The notes below the pieces were generated by a model. The model ran no database searches, was not told the origin of the DNA, and saw only the letters and a program-made list of their open reading frames with translations. A DNA stretch of 64,000 nucleotides from Malacoraja senta. Taxonomy: Eukaryota. Location: NCBI GenBank assembly GCA_038087875.1, contig CM075989.1, positions 18,230,001 to 18,294,000 on the forward strand, written 5' to 3'. This document shows positions 62,603 to 64,000 of the stretch, in pieces. Each line of letters begins with the position of its first letter. Position 1 is the stretch's first letter. The position numbers were made by a program, and so were the translations under genes.

Positions 62603-63371
62603 TGTAAATCGCTCGTTCTAAGCTTCCCCATAGTCTAGTTTCAGTCAAAAACCACTGAATCAAGCACTTGATCAACTAATCTTTATTTAAAAAAAGCACA
62701 ATTACAGTTCCCACCACTGTACCTAACCACCGCGGGTTCGATCCTCGTATCTGCCTGTTCAAGCCCTCTAGGCCTCGCTCAAACAGACTCTCCAGAAGTT
62801 CACCCAGTCCCAAGCGCTCTCCCAGAAGATCGACGCAGGACCTCGTGGTAGCAGACTTTTATAGGTCCTGGGACCTCGAGGGGCCGAACCACATGGGGGT
62901 GGTCTCTTTACAATCCAATTACAGATATCGATTAACCCCATACATAACAGACATTTTCCTAACCCAATAATACAGCAGCTAATACATTGTATTCAAGCAG
63001 GGCTTCTCAAGGAAGCCAACTTAGCAACATTTACCCTGATCTGCAAGAAACCCAGACACGGCTCAATACCTCATCCAGTCAACTCGTCAAAGTAGAACTC
63101 GGCAAAATTATTTACAATTATTTACAAGGTGTGTGTCTGGTTTGCAGTCATACAATCCATTCTATGCATTTTGCACCTAATTGACAGGGTCTGCAGATGT
63201 TCTCATTCTTTTCCTGCAGGTTATATCTAGGCTCTAGACAAACTGGCACCACTCCGCAGCTTGTCTCATTTCTGCAGAGAGCAATTTCCAAATTGACCAA
63301 ATCTCCCAGCAGCCCTGAAGTTTTTACCCCTTTTTAAAGTCCTAACCTGTCCAATTTGGCCAGGATTAACA
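62603..63371 (-). mobile_element. Solo LTR of the same family, opposite orientation
   Basis: Reverse-complement match to 58008-58731; TSD CCTG. Confidence 0.88.
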
Positions 63372-63573
63372 CCTGCACCTGCAGCCCCTGGTGTCACCAT
63401 TATGAGTTTGCGCCACAACCTCTATCACAGATAACTTTGTCACTGTTGTTCGCAAACCTGGCATTAGCAGTCATTTCCTGTGATCTGTTGGAATGAACTC
63501 TCCTTCCAAACAGATGGCAGAGACTGGGCTGTGCCAACAAGCGGCTGGCAGAGACGTGACTGGTTCATAGCCG

Positions 63574-63592
63574 GGCCACCAGATGGAGGTGC
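63574..63592 (+). promoter_or_regulatory. Putative CTCF site
   Basis: ggCCACCAGATGGAGgtg resembles the CCASYAGRKGGCR core; lies in unique DNA. Confidence 0.35.
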
Positions 63593-64000
63593 CACCTTGG
63601 CAGACAGCTGGCAAGCACAATATGGGCGAGGGCCGGATCCTTCCTCACCATCAAACAAATGTTATTTGGGTAATTGGTTTACGGTGAGTCGGTTTATGCT
63701 CTAGCATAGTCTAATTGTACCTCTAGTGATGCAGAAGGAGGCCATTTGACCCATTCGGCTCATGCCAGCTCCCAGAGAAACAATCCCATTCATCCCATTC
63801 CCCCCTCTTCTTATTTCCCTGCAACGCTGCAACTTATTTTCAAGAGAGTCATACAGTCATAGAGCACTGAAATGGGCCCTTCGGCCCAACTCGTCTATGC
63901 CAACCAAAATACCCAATCCAAATTTGGCCCATTTGGCCCACATATTCTAAACCTTTCCTATCGAAGTACCTGTCCAAGTGTCTTCTAAATGCTGTCATAG

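Noticed and set aside
58008..63371. Single provirus or large TIR transposon bounded by the two repeats
   Set aside because: The repeats are inverted, each has its own TSD, and there is no gag/pol or transposase between them.
3..63950. Most short ORFs in the six-frame track (e.g. recurring CGRKP.../RQQLYRCAT, CWSNSAGQAASLE, FFSQRVVNLWNSLP peptides)
   Set aside because: They are translations of SINE, Penelope-derived and CR1 repeat copies, not genes.

Overview
Repeat-dense vertebrate genomic DNA, most likely from an elasmobranch (skate/ray-like). The inference rests on HE1-type tRNA-derived V-SINEs that share a 3' tail with CR1/HER1-type LINEs. Most of the window is transposable element sequence: about 25 SINEs, one near full-length CR1 with two open ORFs (21067-25435, minus strand), fragments of L2, L1, Tx1 and Rex1/Babar, Harbinger and hAT MITEs with TSDs, a non-autonomous Helitron, three solo LTRs, and many Penelope-derived short elements. 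These last elements carry a minimal hammerhead-ribozyme core (CTGAAGA-stem II-GAAACGTC) and often sit as fold-back pairs. Small minus-strand exons with canonical splice sites (43280-43325, 25761-25820, 7402-7485, 1918-2022) splice in frame and look like the 3' end of a large host gene I could not identify. A ~600-bp palindrome with almost no spacer is centred at 44834. All calls were made by eye with no database searches, and boundaries of old repeats are approximate.
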